Virus record (IMG/VR): IMGVR_UViG_3300035210_000151
DNA: 64,000 nt
Direction: 5' to 3' (one strand)
From: a virus
Lineage: Duplodnaviria > Heunggongvirae > Uroviricota > Caudoviricetes
Shown: positions 28,531-37,734 of the stretch, piece after piece
How positions within the stretch are numbered: position 1 is the first letter of the stretch
How the letters are laid out: the number at the start of each line of letters is the position of its first letter
Program-made: the position numbers and the translations under genes
The notes under the pieces: generated by a model
The model's input: the letters and a program-made list of their open reading frames with translations, nothing else
Told to the model about the DNA's origin: nothing
Databases searched by the model: none

Positions 28531-29424
28531 TCATATAGTCGCCATATCTGTTAGGTCTAAGAAACCTTTAATCATTTCTTTACTATTGAAAACAACATCC
28601 ATTTTAAATGTTTTCGATGTAAAATCTTCACTCTTTTTTATGATGGATGAATACAATGGAACATTGATTTCATCATAGTTGTTGAACACATATTCCAACA
28701 TTTTTCTTTGTTCTTTCTTATTCAAAATAAAATTAGCATCAAATAAGATGTCTGCTGAGTTTAGATTAACGCTTGTTTTAATACCCATTAATCGATCACT
28801 TTCAAATCCACATGTCTTTATTAGTTCATGTACCTTATTCACATATGACGATCTATATTTATCAACTTCTTCAATTTTAGTTTTACATATTGTTTCATAC
28901 AATACAGTATTATCTTTAATTACTCTCGATTCTTCGTAATTAAAATAAGGAAATTTAAATTTTGTTTCATTCAATGGAGCGGCTAACATTCTCATCAAAA
29001 TTGTTGAATTATTCATTCCACATCGTAATCTATATTTACCAAATTTCTCATAATTTAATGTCATTGAGAAATCTTTACTATTTTGTTTGAGTGACTTCAT
29101 TTCTAACACATATTTACAGAATTCATCATTTTCAAATGTAAACCCATCCACTAAAAATTTTACATTCTTTTCATTAATTAAAATGGCACCTGTGATTACT
29201 GTATAACTATTATCATAGACAGACAAAGTACCTTTATTATTATTTTGTATGCCTTGAGACGTAAAATCTATATGAATATCATGAAGTCCACGATACTTAT
29301 TCAAAAGATATGGGAATAAGTCTAATGGTTCATCGTTTAACTGCAACACGCCCTCAACAACACTCAGTTTAAGTTGTTGAGTATAGATTTTTAAGACTTC
29401 TAATTCTTTGGGTGTTATTTTCAT
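28531..29424 (-). CDS. hypothetical protein; tail ...FLDLTDMATI
   Basis: 297 aa. Confidence 0.6.
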   Translation of the reverse strand: MKITPKELEVLKIYTQQLKLSVVEGVLQLNDEPLDLFPYLLNKYRGLHDIHIDFTSQGIQNNNKGTLSVYDNSYTVITGAILINEKNVKFLVDGFTFENDEFCKYVLEMKSLKQNSKDFSMTLNYEKFGKYRLRCGMNNSTILMRMLAAPLNETKFKFPYFNYEESRVIKDNTVLYETICKTKIEEVDKYRSSYVNKVHELIKTCGFESDRLMGIKTSVNLNSADILFDANFILNKKEQRKMLEYVFNNYDEINVPLYSSIIKKSEDFTSKTFKMDVVFNSKEMIKGFLDLTDMATI

Positions 29425-29590
29425 TAATTTTCCTAATCTGTTTTAATACAAGTAAAAAAAGGCCGTAAAGTTATTCGTAACTGTATCACTTATCCTTAAT
29501 TTTATCAACAAAAAAGAACACAAAGAAATGGTTACTTTTTCTTTATTTTCTGTTATAATAGCTTCAATTAAACCAGTTGAGGATTTCAAT

Positions 29591-29890
29591 ATGCGATTTG
29601 TTATGGAGTATTCTATCGGTGACGAGTTCACTTGGTATGGAACTGACATCGTTCCATTTGAATATGAAAGCAAAGAAAAGTTTCTTTATGATATGATGAC
29701 TGCTTGCCTTGCGGCTGTTGAGCGTAAGGAATATGTCTTCCAATTCATCGGTCGAGAATTCGAATTGATGTATTTTGGATACTTTAAAAATAAAGAAAAA
29801 CAAAAAGGTTTTGAATTCTCTGAACCAAGCATTCAAACACTTGAAGAATGGTTTGTTTCCAGACTGACGACTGAATTGAAAACCAACTAA
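29591..29890 (+). CDS. hypothetical protein
   Basis: ATG at 29591 after the SD GAGGA. The longer track ORF lacks an SD. Confidence 0.5.
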   Translation: MRFVMEYSIGDEFTWYGTDIVPFEYESKEKFLYDMMTACLAAVERKEYVFQFIGREFELMYFGYFKNKEKQKGFEFSEPSIQTLEEWFVSRLTTELKTN

Positions 29891-29898
29891 TCAAGATT

Positions 29899-29928
29899 GA
29901 AAAAAGGCACCTGAGTGCCTTTTTTTAT
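29899..29928. terminator. bidirectional terminator
   Basis: aaggcacctgagtgcctt hairpin plus T-tract. The stop of the minus gene sits at its edge. Confidence 0.65.
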
Positions 29929-30776
29929 ACTGCTAGTTTTGTTTTTCGTTTTCCTACTTCATCGTCATTCTTTACACCAAATTCTTTCTTGATTTGACGG
30001 TTTTCGATAGCTTCTGCTGCCATTCTTATTCCTGACCACGCCAAAGCTCCAACCCCACCAATGACACCTAATCCAGTCACCATTAATGAAGCGGCTGACA
30101 TTCCGCCAACTGCAGCAACTGCACCGCCCATTGCAACGGTTAATCCTAATCCTGTTTTCAAACTTTCTTTTCTGGTTGAGTAAAAAGATTGTGGTATGAT
30201 CTTCTCAAGACTTGCCTCTAATTGACCAGAGAGATTTTCTTTAAATACTTTTTTGTGTTTTGTGTCTGGTAAATTCATTTCTTTGAGAGCGTTATCAAGT
30301 GACATGCCATCATCGTTTTTAACAGCATATTTTAAATTAGCCATTTGAGTGAATGATAATCCATCATGGTCACTTGTATTTGATAAGATCTTGTTCATTT
30401 TCTGTTCAAATTTATTGTCAGCTACAGCCTCATTATCCAAACCCGCCATTTTATCAAGACGTGACTTATGGTAAGTAGAAACCATTGCATTAACGCCAGC
30501 ATAAGCAAGTGCTGCTGTGGCTATTCCCAAACTACCTACTAATACAGCTCCACCCACTGGCCCTGCAATTATGCCACCCGCTACCGCCATTATTCCACCT
30601 AATCCACCTAATGTTGAAGCAGTCATTGTTAAAAAACCAACAGTTGACTTTAAATTACTTGATTTCATTTTTTCTTCATGGCATGTTTTGGCGTTTAATG
30701 ACTCTCTGTAATCTTGAATGGTATCTAATATTTTTGATTGCATTTCATCAGCAGTTTTTTTACGAAATAAAGTCAT
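29925..30776 (-). CDS. glycine-zipper membrane protein (two GxxxG-rich TM hairpins)
   Basis: 283 aa. GGLGGIMAVAGGIIAGPVGGAVLVGSLGIATAALAYAG and GLGLTVAMGGAVAAVGGMSAASLMVTGLGVIGGVGALAWSG segments. Confidence 0.6.
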   Translation of the reverse strand: MTLFRKKTADEMQSKILDTIQDYRESLNAKTCHEEKMKSSNLKSTVGFLTMTASTLGGLGGIMAVAGGIIAGPVGGAVLVGSLGIATAALAYAGVNAMVSTYHKSRLDKMAGLDNEAVADNKFEQKMNKILSNTSDHDGLSFTQMANLKYAVKNDDGMSLDNALKEMNLPDTKHKKVFKENLSGQLEASLEKIIPQSFYSTRKESLKTGLGLTVAMGGAVAAVGGMSAASLMVTGLGVIGGVGALAWSGIRMAAEAIENRQIKKEFGVKNDDEVGKRKTKLAV

Positions 30777-30905
30777 TGACTTTCCTTGTTATTGTTTTAA
30801 TTCATTTTATCATATTTAAAAAAAAAGATAAGCGGAGCATTAAAATATTTTGTTTTCATAAAAATTGTGCTATAATAAGTTCTACTCAACCGACAGGAGC
30901 TACCC

Positions 30906-31436
30906 ATGAATTCTTCGCTAAGTAAGCTTTTTAAATCGCAAAAAAGTGGCAATGCTCACTATTTAGAAACAAACTTAATCGAAGCTCCAACTCGTAAAAA
31001 ACTGGTTGATTCCCGTTTGATGTTTGAACAAGCTGTTGAACTTCACAACCTTGCCGACACTGCAGAATCCTTTAAATACTACTCTATCAGTTATGCATTC
31101 GCCATTGACAACATCCTTTATCAGTTTGCAAGCATTCAGCGTCGTATTTCTGCACAAGGTGTTAACAAAGAGAATATCAAACAATTTGGTGAAGCATCAA
31201 AAGAATCCAAATCAAGTGCCTTCATTTACATTCTTCTTCAACAATTTAATACGGGGTCAGAGTTGAATTGGAAACCTTTCGTGCGTGGTTACCGTGATGC
31301 TGAAATGAGAATTCGTGGTATTTGTGAATATATTTATAACGAAAAATTTACTCGACAATTGACTGACGCTATGATTTACACCAGCTTCTGGGAACTCGCC
31401 GCTAGTGAACGCATTGAACTTCCTGTTGACTTTTAA
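30906..31436 (+). CDS. hypothetical protein
   Basis: 176 aa with SD AGGAGC. Confidence 0.6.
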   Translation: MNSSLSKLFKSQKSGNAHYLETNLIEAPTRKKLVDSRLMFEQAVELHNLADTAESFKYYSISYAFAIDNILYQFASIQRRISAQGVNKENIKQFGEASKESKSSAFIYILLQQFNTGSELNWKPFVRGYRDAEMRIRGICEYIYNEKFTRQLTDAMIYTSFWELAASERIELPVDF

Positions 31437-31454
31437 CTGATTATAATACTTGTT

Positions 31455-31480
31455 AATGAGGCTTCGGCCTCATTTTTTTG
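31455..31480 (+). terminator. rho-independent terminator
   Basis: aatgaggcttcggcctcatt hairpin plus T-tract. Confidence 0.7.
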
Positions 31481-31565
31481 TGTATCATTTTTGAGATTTT
31501 CAAATTTGACATTTATCTTCTTTAATTTATACTAGAAAAGCATTAATTTAAAAGGAGAAATGTAT

Positions 31566-32468
31566 ATGTTCGGAAATGCTTTTATGATACTACTATTAGT
31601 CGGATTAATAGGACTATTAGTTTACTCATGTGTTGTTTTGACCAAAAACAAACATGTTTCAGTAATTGTTACATTTGGTAAGTTTTCTGCCATCAAAGAA
31701 GCTGGTTTGTCTTTCAAACTTCCTTGGCCGATTCAAGCTGTTGATAAAGTTGTTCCTTTGAACATTTTACAATTGAGCACTGTGCTTGAATTGAAAACTA
31801 ATGACAACTTATTTATTAAATACCCAATAAACGTTCAGTACCATGTACTTGATGCCGAAAAAGCGGCTTATGAACTTGATGACCCAGAAACACAAATCAT
31901 CAGTTATGTTAGCAACCTTGTTCGTTCCGAAGTGGGTAAGAAAACATTCTTAGAACTTTATAGCGTCCGTGATGAAATTCAAGATGTCATTGAAGAAGTA
32001 TTGTCTAAAAAGATGGAAGAATTTGGTTTCAAAATTGTTGCTGTTCTCGTTGATGAACCAATTCCAACCAGTGATGTTCAAGACTCATACAACTCAGTAA
32101 CTGCATCTGAGCGTGAAAAAGAAGCTGCCAAGAACCGTGCAGAAGCTTCAAGAATTACTATTGTTGCAGAAGCTCAGGCACAAAAAGAGTCTAAGAAATT
32201 ACAAGGTGAAGGTATTGCGGATCAACGTCTTGCTATTAGCCGTGGTTTTAATGAAGCAATTGAAAATCTTTCTTCTTCATTGAACATTTCTAATGAAATG
32301 GCAGTAGCTATGATTCTTCAATTGAACAAATTTGACACATTACGTGATGTTGCAAACGGTAAAGGTTCTCTCATTATCAGTGACGCAGGCACTAACGCTG
32401 AACTTAAAGAGTTGACTAGTTTGGTAGCCGGTTTGAGATCTACTGAGTTGGGTCACCACAAAGTTTAA
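31566..32468 (+). CDS. SPFH/band-7 (prohibitin/stomatin-like) protein with N-terminal TM anchor
   Basis: N-terminal hydrophobic helix, then SPFH-like core and a charged coiled-coil-like tail (EREKEAAKNRAEASRI..AQAQKESKKLQGEG). SD AAGGAG; the second ATG has the better spacing. Confidence 0.75.
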   Translation: MFGNAFMILLLVGLIGLLVYSCVVLTKNKHVSVIVTFGKFSAIKEAGLSFKLPWPIQAVDKVVPLNILQLSTVLELKTNDNLFIKYPINVQYHVLDAEKAAYELDDPETQIISYVSNLVRSEVGKKTFLELYSVRDEIQDVIEEVLSKKMEEFGFKIVAVLVDEPIPTSDVQDSYNSVTASEREKEAAKNRAEASRITIVAEAQAQKESKKLQGEGIADQRLAISRGFNEAIENLSSSLNISNEMAVAMILQLNKFDTLRDVANGKGSLIISDAGTNAELKELTSLVAGLRSTELGHHKV

Positions 32469-32483
32469 TTGATTAAGCTTAAT

Positions 32484-32512
32484 TAAAAAAGAACCTTCGG
32501 GTTCTTTTTTAT
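32484..32512 (+). terminator. rho-independent terminator
   Basis: aagaaccttcgggttctt hairpin plus T-tract. Confidence 0.7.
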
Positions 32513-32540
32513 TGCCTAAAATTCCTCGTTGTGTTATAAT
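32513..32540 (+). promoter_or_regulatory. sigma-A-like promoter
   Basis: TTGCCT, 16 bp spacer, TATAAT (tgtgtTATAAT). Confidence 0.45.
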
Positions 32541-32571
32541 TTCAGCATTATTTTTATAGAGAGAGCGTATT

Positions 32572-32991
32572 ATGAATCAGATTGTTATTTCAAGAACATT
32601 TACCCATCATGGTAAAAATAGCGAAGCTTCAGTGATTGTTATTGAATCTAATCATTCTGTTATTGAATTTGATAATTTGTTGAGAAATGCTTTGTTTACT
32701 TTTATTACTCGTTGGCGAGATCTTTATGATCAAGTTCAACAAGATTTGAGTGCATGCCAGAAACTTGAAGAAGGCATGACTGGTTATGATGAAGCGTTGA
32801 CGGCATTCACGCATTCATTTGACGAACAAATTAACTTTGAAACAAACCATTCAGTCTTTGTTCATGGCGATTTCAAAATCTCACTGGGTTCCTTTATTGT
32901 TGCTAGTGAAATTTGTGATTTCAGTGTCCTTTCCTTGATGGATTGGGTTTCTATTAAAACATCAGAATCCAGTGTAGGGTTTAACGCATGA
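32572..32991 (+). CDS. hypothetical protein
   Basis: 139 aa; stop overlaps the next start (ATGA). Confidence 0.55.
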   Translation: MNQIVISRTFTHHGKNSEASVIVIESNHSVIEFDNLLRNALFTFITRWRDLYDQVQQDLSACQKLEEGMTGYDEALTAFTHSFDEQINFETNHSVFVHGDFKISLGSFIVASEICDFSVLSLMDWVSIKTSESSVGFNA

Positions 32992-33725
32992 GTACAATGA
33001 ACGAAGGGCTTAAAGATTTTGTTAATACGTTGAATGCCTATTCATTTGATACGAATAAACTTTTATTTAATGGTGTTCACGAGACATCATTAAAGTTAAT
33101 GAAGTATTCAGTAAAATGGTCAGAACTTGATTATTTCACACCTATCAATGTCGAAAACAACCTATTTAAAGACTATTCAGATATTTATGTTTTGACAACT
33201 AAGTTTTCATTGATTGAACGTGAAATTTATAAATCGTTTGGTTTTGATTTTGACAAGGTAGACTCTATTTGCGAAGCATACGTTAATTACATGCGGGATT
33301 TCAAAATGCATGATCAGTTTGATGATTCTTATATCAAAGCTGTTTTCCGTGAAGAGTTTACCAGTAAGTATGATTCCTTTGCAGGAGTCGCAGCAGATGG
33401 TAATTACTACTCTAAGGAATTCAGTGGTGGATTAAATCTGAAAGACGCTCGTATTTATATCCAGTTGTTTTTGCATTTTAAAGATGGTGTCATTCATCCA
33501 AGGGCTAAAATTACATTCCCACTCTCAGCAGAGGGCTATTTCTCTGTTATTATTGGTAGCGATGAATTATATCAAGTCGCCCAAAAAGTAGTCAAAGAAG
33601 GTGTTCTGAGTGAGTTTAAAGCCTTCTTGATTGACGCTTACCCAGAAGAATGTTTTGATGCTGTTGAATTTGATGAAGAAACGCTTAAACAATACTTAAC
33701 CGTTCTTAGCATGGAAAAAATTTAA
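32988..33725 (+). CDS. hypothetical protein; tail ...LKQYLTVLSMEKI
   Basis: 245 aa. Confidence 0.6.
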   Translation: MSTMNEGLKDFVNTLNAYSFDTNKLLFNGVHETSLKLMKYSVKWSELDYFTPINVENNLFKDYSDIYVLTTKFSLIEREIYKSFGFDFDKVDSICEAYVNYMRDFKMHDQFDDSYIKAVFREEFTSKYDSFAGVAADGNYYSKEFSGGLNLKDARIYIQLFLHFKDGVIHPRAKITFPLSAEGYFSVIIGSDELYQVAQKVVKEGVLSEFKAFLIDAYPEECFDAVEFDEETLKQYLTVLSMEKI

Positions 33726-33726
33726 A

Positions 33727-34428
33727 ATGAAAAACTTTAAACAGATTGTTCTCAATGAAATCAATGAATATAAAGAATCCCGTAAAGAAGGAATCTTTAA
33801 ATGTTACATTGAGGAAAATAAGTATAATCAATACATGACCTTCAATCAAATTAAAGCGGATGTTTTTGAAGTGAATGTGACAGCCTTAAATCTTGACATG
33901 CTTAAAGAAATTTATGGATTGTTTTCAATAGATTTAAAGATTGTGAGAGAAATTGTTGATCTGTTCATGTCACATATGGACAACACACAATTGACAACAA
34001 CCGTAAATAATCAACTTACATTTGATATTGAAAACTTTTGGGCTGATAGCTTTTATTATGAAATGCTAGTCCCCTTGAAACATCGACAGGTTATTGCGAA
34101 TCGGGAAAATTTTTACACTGTCCTGAAAGGTTACAATGTTTGTCCAAGTGTTCAAGTGGTTATGAGATTTGTTGTTAAAGGTGATCATTTTGAACCTTTT
34201 CTAGATATTTACTTGCCTTTGGCGTGTAAAGAACGTTTCTTGGTGAGCATTAAACACAATTACAATATTACTGATATTGATGAAATCATGAAGAAAGCAA
34301 TTCGCCAACGTGTTCTTTGTTTGTTAACGACAAAGAAGATTAAACTGTTCAGCCGACAAGATATTAAATCAGCCGATTTTGACGACATTGGACGATACAT
34401 GACACTGATTGCTATGGACTCTATTTAA
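33727..34428 (+). CDS. hypothetical protein; tail ...IGRYMTLIAMDSI
   Basis: 233 aa; tightly packed. Confidence 0.6.
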   Translation: MKNFKQIVLNEINEYKESRKEGIFKCYIEENKYNQYMTFNQIKADVFEVNVTALNLDMLKEIYGLFSIDLKIVREIVDLFMSHMDNTQLTTTVNNQLTFDIENFWADSFYYEMLVPLKHRQVIANRENFYTVLKGYNVCPSVQVVMRFVVKGDHFEPFLDIYLPLACKERFLVSIKHNYNITDIDEIMKKAIRQRVLCLLTTKKIKLFSRQDIKSADFDDIGRYMTLIAMDSI

Positions 34429-35201
34429 TGCAAAAAATCACTGCACTAGAAGCGGACGAAATCCGAAAGTTTCAACAACATTTGTCATCTGTCATTCCAT
34501 TTGAGCATGATAATCAATTAGTCGATATATTTCCAAGGTATAATGGCTTTAAATCTTCGGATTTTATTTGCAATGCTAATCGTAGTAGTTTGAATATACG
34601 ATGTAATCGATCCATTATGGAACATATTTGTAATTATTTTGATCTGTCATTTGTTCCCATAGTAGAAATGATGACATCAGTTGCTCAATGTTTTGACGAA
34701 CATAAATTGATCTCATATGATTCGTATGAAAAAAGTTTAAAGACGTTTCCTAATATTGATGAGATGAGTCTTCCTGTTGATATCACACCTTTAAATTTTC
34801 ACGATGTAAAAAAACCTTTATACCGAGCGGCTGATGTCGCTATGCGGAGTAAAATATTTTTCAGTGCGTCTTTTGATTTTACTGAAACTCCAAAACTATT
34901 GATTAACATTGATTTTTTAGTTAACTATGGCTATGTCGTAAGAGTGGAAATCTCTAAACCAGTGGATGATATTAAACAGCTTCGAGTGAGCACCCTAACA
35001 TCATTAAGTTCAGTCGGTCGTAATAGAAAAAATTATAAAGTTGTCAATGAAGCACAATTGTTTAGACACTTGAAACGGTATGCATTCAGACGCATTCGTG
35101 TAGTCTTAATTAAATTACTGAAAATGGATAATGATACGTTTTTACAAGATAAAAAGAATCTTCCACAATATATTTCTTTGGCTGAGATGGCTTTAATTTG
35201 A
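34428..35201 (+). CDS. hypothetical protein; tail ...LPQYISLAEMALI
   Basis: 257 aa; start overlaps the upstream stop. Confidence 0.6.
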   Translation: MQKITALEADEIRKFQQHLSSVIPFEHDNQLVDIFPRYNGFKSSDFICNANRSSLNIRCNRSIMEHICNYFDLSFVPIVEMMTSVAQCFDEHKLISYDSYEKSLKTFPNIDEMSLPVDITPLNFHDVKKPLYRAADVAMRSKIFFSASFDFTETPKLLINIDFLVNYGYVVRVEISKPVDDIKQLRVSTLTSLSSVGRNRKNYKVVNEAQLFRHLKRYAFRRIRVVLIKLLKMDNDTFLQDKKNLPQYISLAEMALI

Positions 35202-35254
35202 CCTTACTGTCTAATTACTATATACTTAGTCATCTATTTTAAGAGGTATGCCCT

Positions 35255-35668
35255 ATGAGTTTCGATAACCGTATTTTTAATGTCAATGGCGAAGATGACC
35301 AACATCTTGAAATGGCGATTAAGTTAGCCTTTCAAATTCAAAGTAATTATAATGAAAAAGGTGCATCAGCCAAAGGTTATGTTGTCATGCCCACCAAAGG
35401 GCTAGTCTTTCTATGGTACAATACACCCGAAGCAATTGCGTTTCCTGAGCCTATTTATGCAGCAGAAGCATACACGTTTGCTAAGCAGTGGCTAGCCAGT
35501 CGTGATGCGAAACAGATTGAACTTAAAGAGCCGTGGGAAGGTGATTGTAAACATGATGGCTCAAATGATCTTGGCTGGCGTGTGTATGTTGAAGACTGGG
35601 GCCATGTCGGTAGCAATAGCTACACGATTTGTGCGGTTAAGCCCTGTTATGTATGGTACGGTAAATAA
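35255..35668 (+). CDS. hypothetical protein
   Basis: 137 aa with SD AAGAGGT. Confidence 0.55.
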   Translation: MSFDNRIFNVNGEDDQHLEMAIKLAFQIQSNYNEKGASAKGYVVMPTKGLVFLWYNTPEAIAFPEPIYAAEAYTFAKQWLASRDAKQIELKEPWEGDCKHDGSNDLGWRVYVEDWGHVGSNSYTICAVKPCYVWYGK

Positions 35669-35671
35669 GCT

Positions 35672-35699
35672 TTAAAAAAGGCACTTAGGTGCCTTTTTC
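35672..35699. terminator. bidirectional terminator
   Basis: aaggcacttaggtgcctt hairpin; the minus-gene stop lies in the loop. Confidence 0.65.
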
Positions 35700-36143
35700 A
35701 TTAATTAAATTGTAAATGTTATTTGAAGCCTTTATTGCTTGGTTTAAATAATAAACCCATGATGTAATGATACATATAACCATCAAGGGCATTGTTATTA
35801 GAATCATAATTTGGTCTACTATTACAAAAAAGAAAAACATTATTTCTGGTAATGGTATTTTTAATGTCAATGTTATGAATGTGGATGTAATCATGGGTAT
35901 TAGTGATATAAACAAAATTATCATGGCAATTAGATATTTTTTCAAAATATTTCTAACGTGTATCTGTAATAATCTCTCTTCATTTTTTTTGTAGTATTTA
36001 ATATAGATATATATATTTGGGATAAGTATATACAGCAATACAAATACTCCATAAAATAAAACAGTTATTGGAATGGAAGCTATTAATATTATTAGTATCA
36101 AATATATTTTCTTTAATTGCTTGTAGTTATTTAATTCATTCAT
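35685..36143 (-). CDS. small multi-TM protein, family G (4th of 4 tandem paralogs)
   Basis: N-terminus MNELNNYKQLKKIY..., then TM helices. Conserved ...IYIY.KYYK... and W.YYL...IKAS blocks. Confidence 0.6.
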   Translation of the reverse strand: MNELNNYKQLKKIYLILIILIASIPITVLFYGVFVLLYILIPNIYIYIKYYKKNEERLLQIHVRNILKKYLIAMIILFISLIPMITSTFITLTLKIPLPEIMFFFFVIVDQIMILITMPLMVICIITSWVYYLNQAIKASNNIYNLINEKGT

Positions 36144-36161
36144 GATTTTATCTTTTTTATT

Positions 36162-36590
36162 TTAAATTGCATTATTAAATAGGCGACTATCTACGTTGCC
36201 AGAAGCTTTAATTAAACTGTACAAGTAATATATCCACCCACCTAAAAAACCTATAAAAATTGAAGTCATTGAAAATATTAACACTAAATAGCCTGTTCCA
36301 TTTTCTATTTTTGCATAGTTTATGAATAACATTGATAGCAGAGGTAAAAATGAAATAATAACGATTGTCATCGAAATTACACATTTTTTCAACATCTCAC
36401 TGATATGTAATTCAAACGTGCTTTCACCATCTCGTTTATAATATTTACTGTAAATGTAAAGATTAGGTATCAATATATACAGCAATAAAAATGGTCCAAA
36501 AAATAGTATGGCTATTGGTGAGATAGCTGTGAGCATTATCATTCTTGAATATATATTCTTTAAACACTCATATTCGTTTAAATTATTCAA
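36162..36590 (-). CDS. small multi-TM protein, family G paralog
   Basis: MNNLNEYECLKNIY...; same architecture. Confidence 0.6.
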   Translation of the reverse strand: MNNLNEYECLKNIYSRMIMLTAISPIAILFFGPFLLLYILIPNLYIYSKYYKRDGESTFELHISEMLKKCVISMTIVIISFLPLLSMLFINYAKIENGTGYLVLIFSMTSIFIGFLGGWIYYLYSLIKASGNVDSRLFNNAI

Positions 36591-37033
36591 ACTTCACCTC
36601 TTATTTGTTTATTGAGTAAACTGTGATTTTTAATTAATTTGTATCCATAATACGACCAAGAAAACGCTGGGCCTATGAAACATCCAATAGCCGCCAAGAA
36701 CATCATTAGATATTCACCACCAGTGGGTTGACCACCATCTGCTCCAACAAAAACTAACATCGGCAACAAAGAAACTACAAGTATTCCACCGGATATCCAA
36801 AAAGCCATCAATATTTTTTTAATATGAGATTGAAAAGCGTCATGATCAGTAAGCTTATAATATTTTGTCCAGATTAAGGCATGAGGAACAATAATTAATA
36901 AAAGGAGCAAAAGAATGGCAAGTATATAAGATTGAAACGCAATGTAAAAACAAAGTGTAGGCACTGCAAACGTCATAAAAATTAAAACTTTGTAAATATT
37001 ATCCAATGTTGAATATCGGTTGTTGTCATCCAT
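36587..37033 (-). CDS. small multi-TM protein, family G paralog
   Basis: Start moved to MDDNNRYSTLDNIY... by paralog alignment. The track start is a GTG inside a terminator hairpin. Coordinate of the start is +/-1. Confidence 0.55.
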   Translation of the reverse strand: MDDNNRYSTLDNIYKVLIFMTFAVPTLCFYIAFQSYILAILLLLLLIIVPHALIWTKYYKLTDHDAFQSHIKKILMAFWISGGILVVSLLPMLVFVGADGGQPTGGEYLMMFLAAIGCFIGPAFSWSYYGYKLIKNHSLLNKQIRGEV

Positions 37034-37144
37034 GAGGACACATCTTTGATTGTTGTTTATATTATTATAATATGTAGTTGTTCTTTTACAATCAAATAAA
37101 CTAAAAAAAGACACATAAGTGCCTTTTAAATATTATTGTTGTTT

Positions 37145-37585
37145 TCAAGCTATAAATATATTATTTTTTTTCTTTTTCATTTTTTCAAATTGATGATATT
37201 CCTTTATCAAAACGACTAAATAATAGCCCCATGCACCGATAGAACCTATAAATTTTATGACCACAGCAATCATATCCATCGTCGCAGTCATGTCATTGAC
37301 AACCGTATATGAAGTTATTAAAGCAGGTATAGAGGTTAGGAACAAAATAGTAATGGATGTGCTAAAGAAATGCAGTAATTTTCTAATCTCTCTATCAAAA
37401 GATGAGCGAACCAATTCGTTGTAATATTTCATAGACATGATTAAGTTGGCTATTAGAGCGATTGTTAACACCACTGGTAGTCCAAAGGGCAATGAAATGA
37501 ATAATGCCATGATTGGCCCACAGATTGTGAGTGCTATAAAAATTCTATAAATTGTAGTTAATATTGATTGATCCTGAGTGTTCAT
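37145..37585 (-). CDS. small multi-TM protein, family G paralog
   Basis: MNTQDQSILTTIY...; first gene after the large ORF on the minus strand. Confidence 0.6.
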   Translation of the reverse strand: MNTQDQSILTTIYRIFIALTICGPIMALFISLPFGLPVVLTIALIANLIMSMKYYNELVRSSFDREIRKLLHFFSTSITILFLTSIPALITSYTVVNDMTATMDMIAVVIKFIGSIGAWGYYLVVLIKEYHQFEKMKKKKNNIFIA

Positions 37586-37734
37586 AATTTCCTTATTATA
37601 ATTGTTTTAGGTTGTCGTTTAAATAATACATTCTAATTTATTATTACTACTTTAAGCATTATAATATGACGATTTTCTTTTGCAATCATCGAACAATAAA
37701 AAAGACACCGCAGTGTCTTTTTTACATACTCTAA

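Noticed and set aside
29443-29673. 76 aa minus-strand ORF.
   Set aside because: It overlaps the SD-supported plus-strand gene 29591..29890 and the promoter region, and has no SD. Likely spurious.
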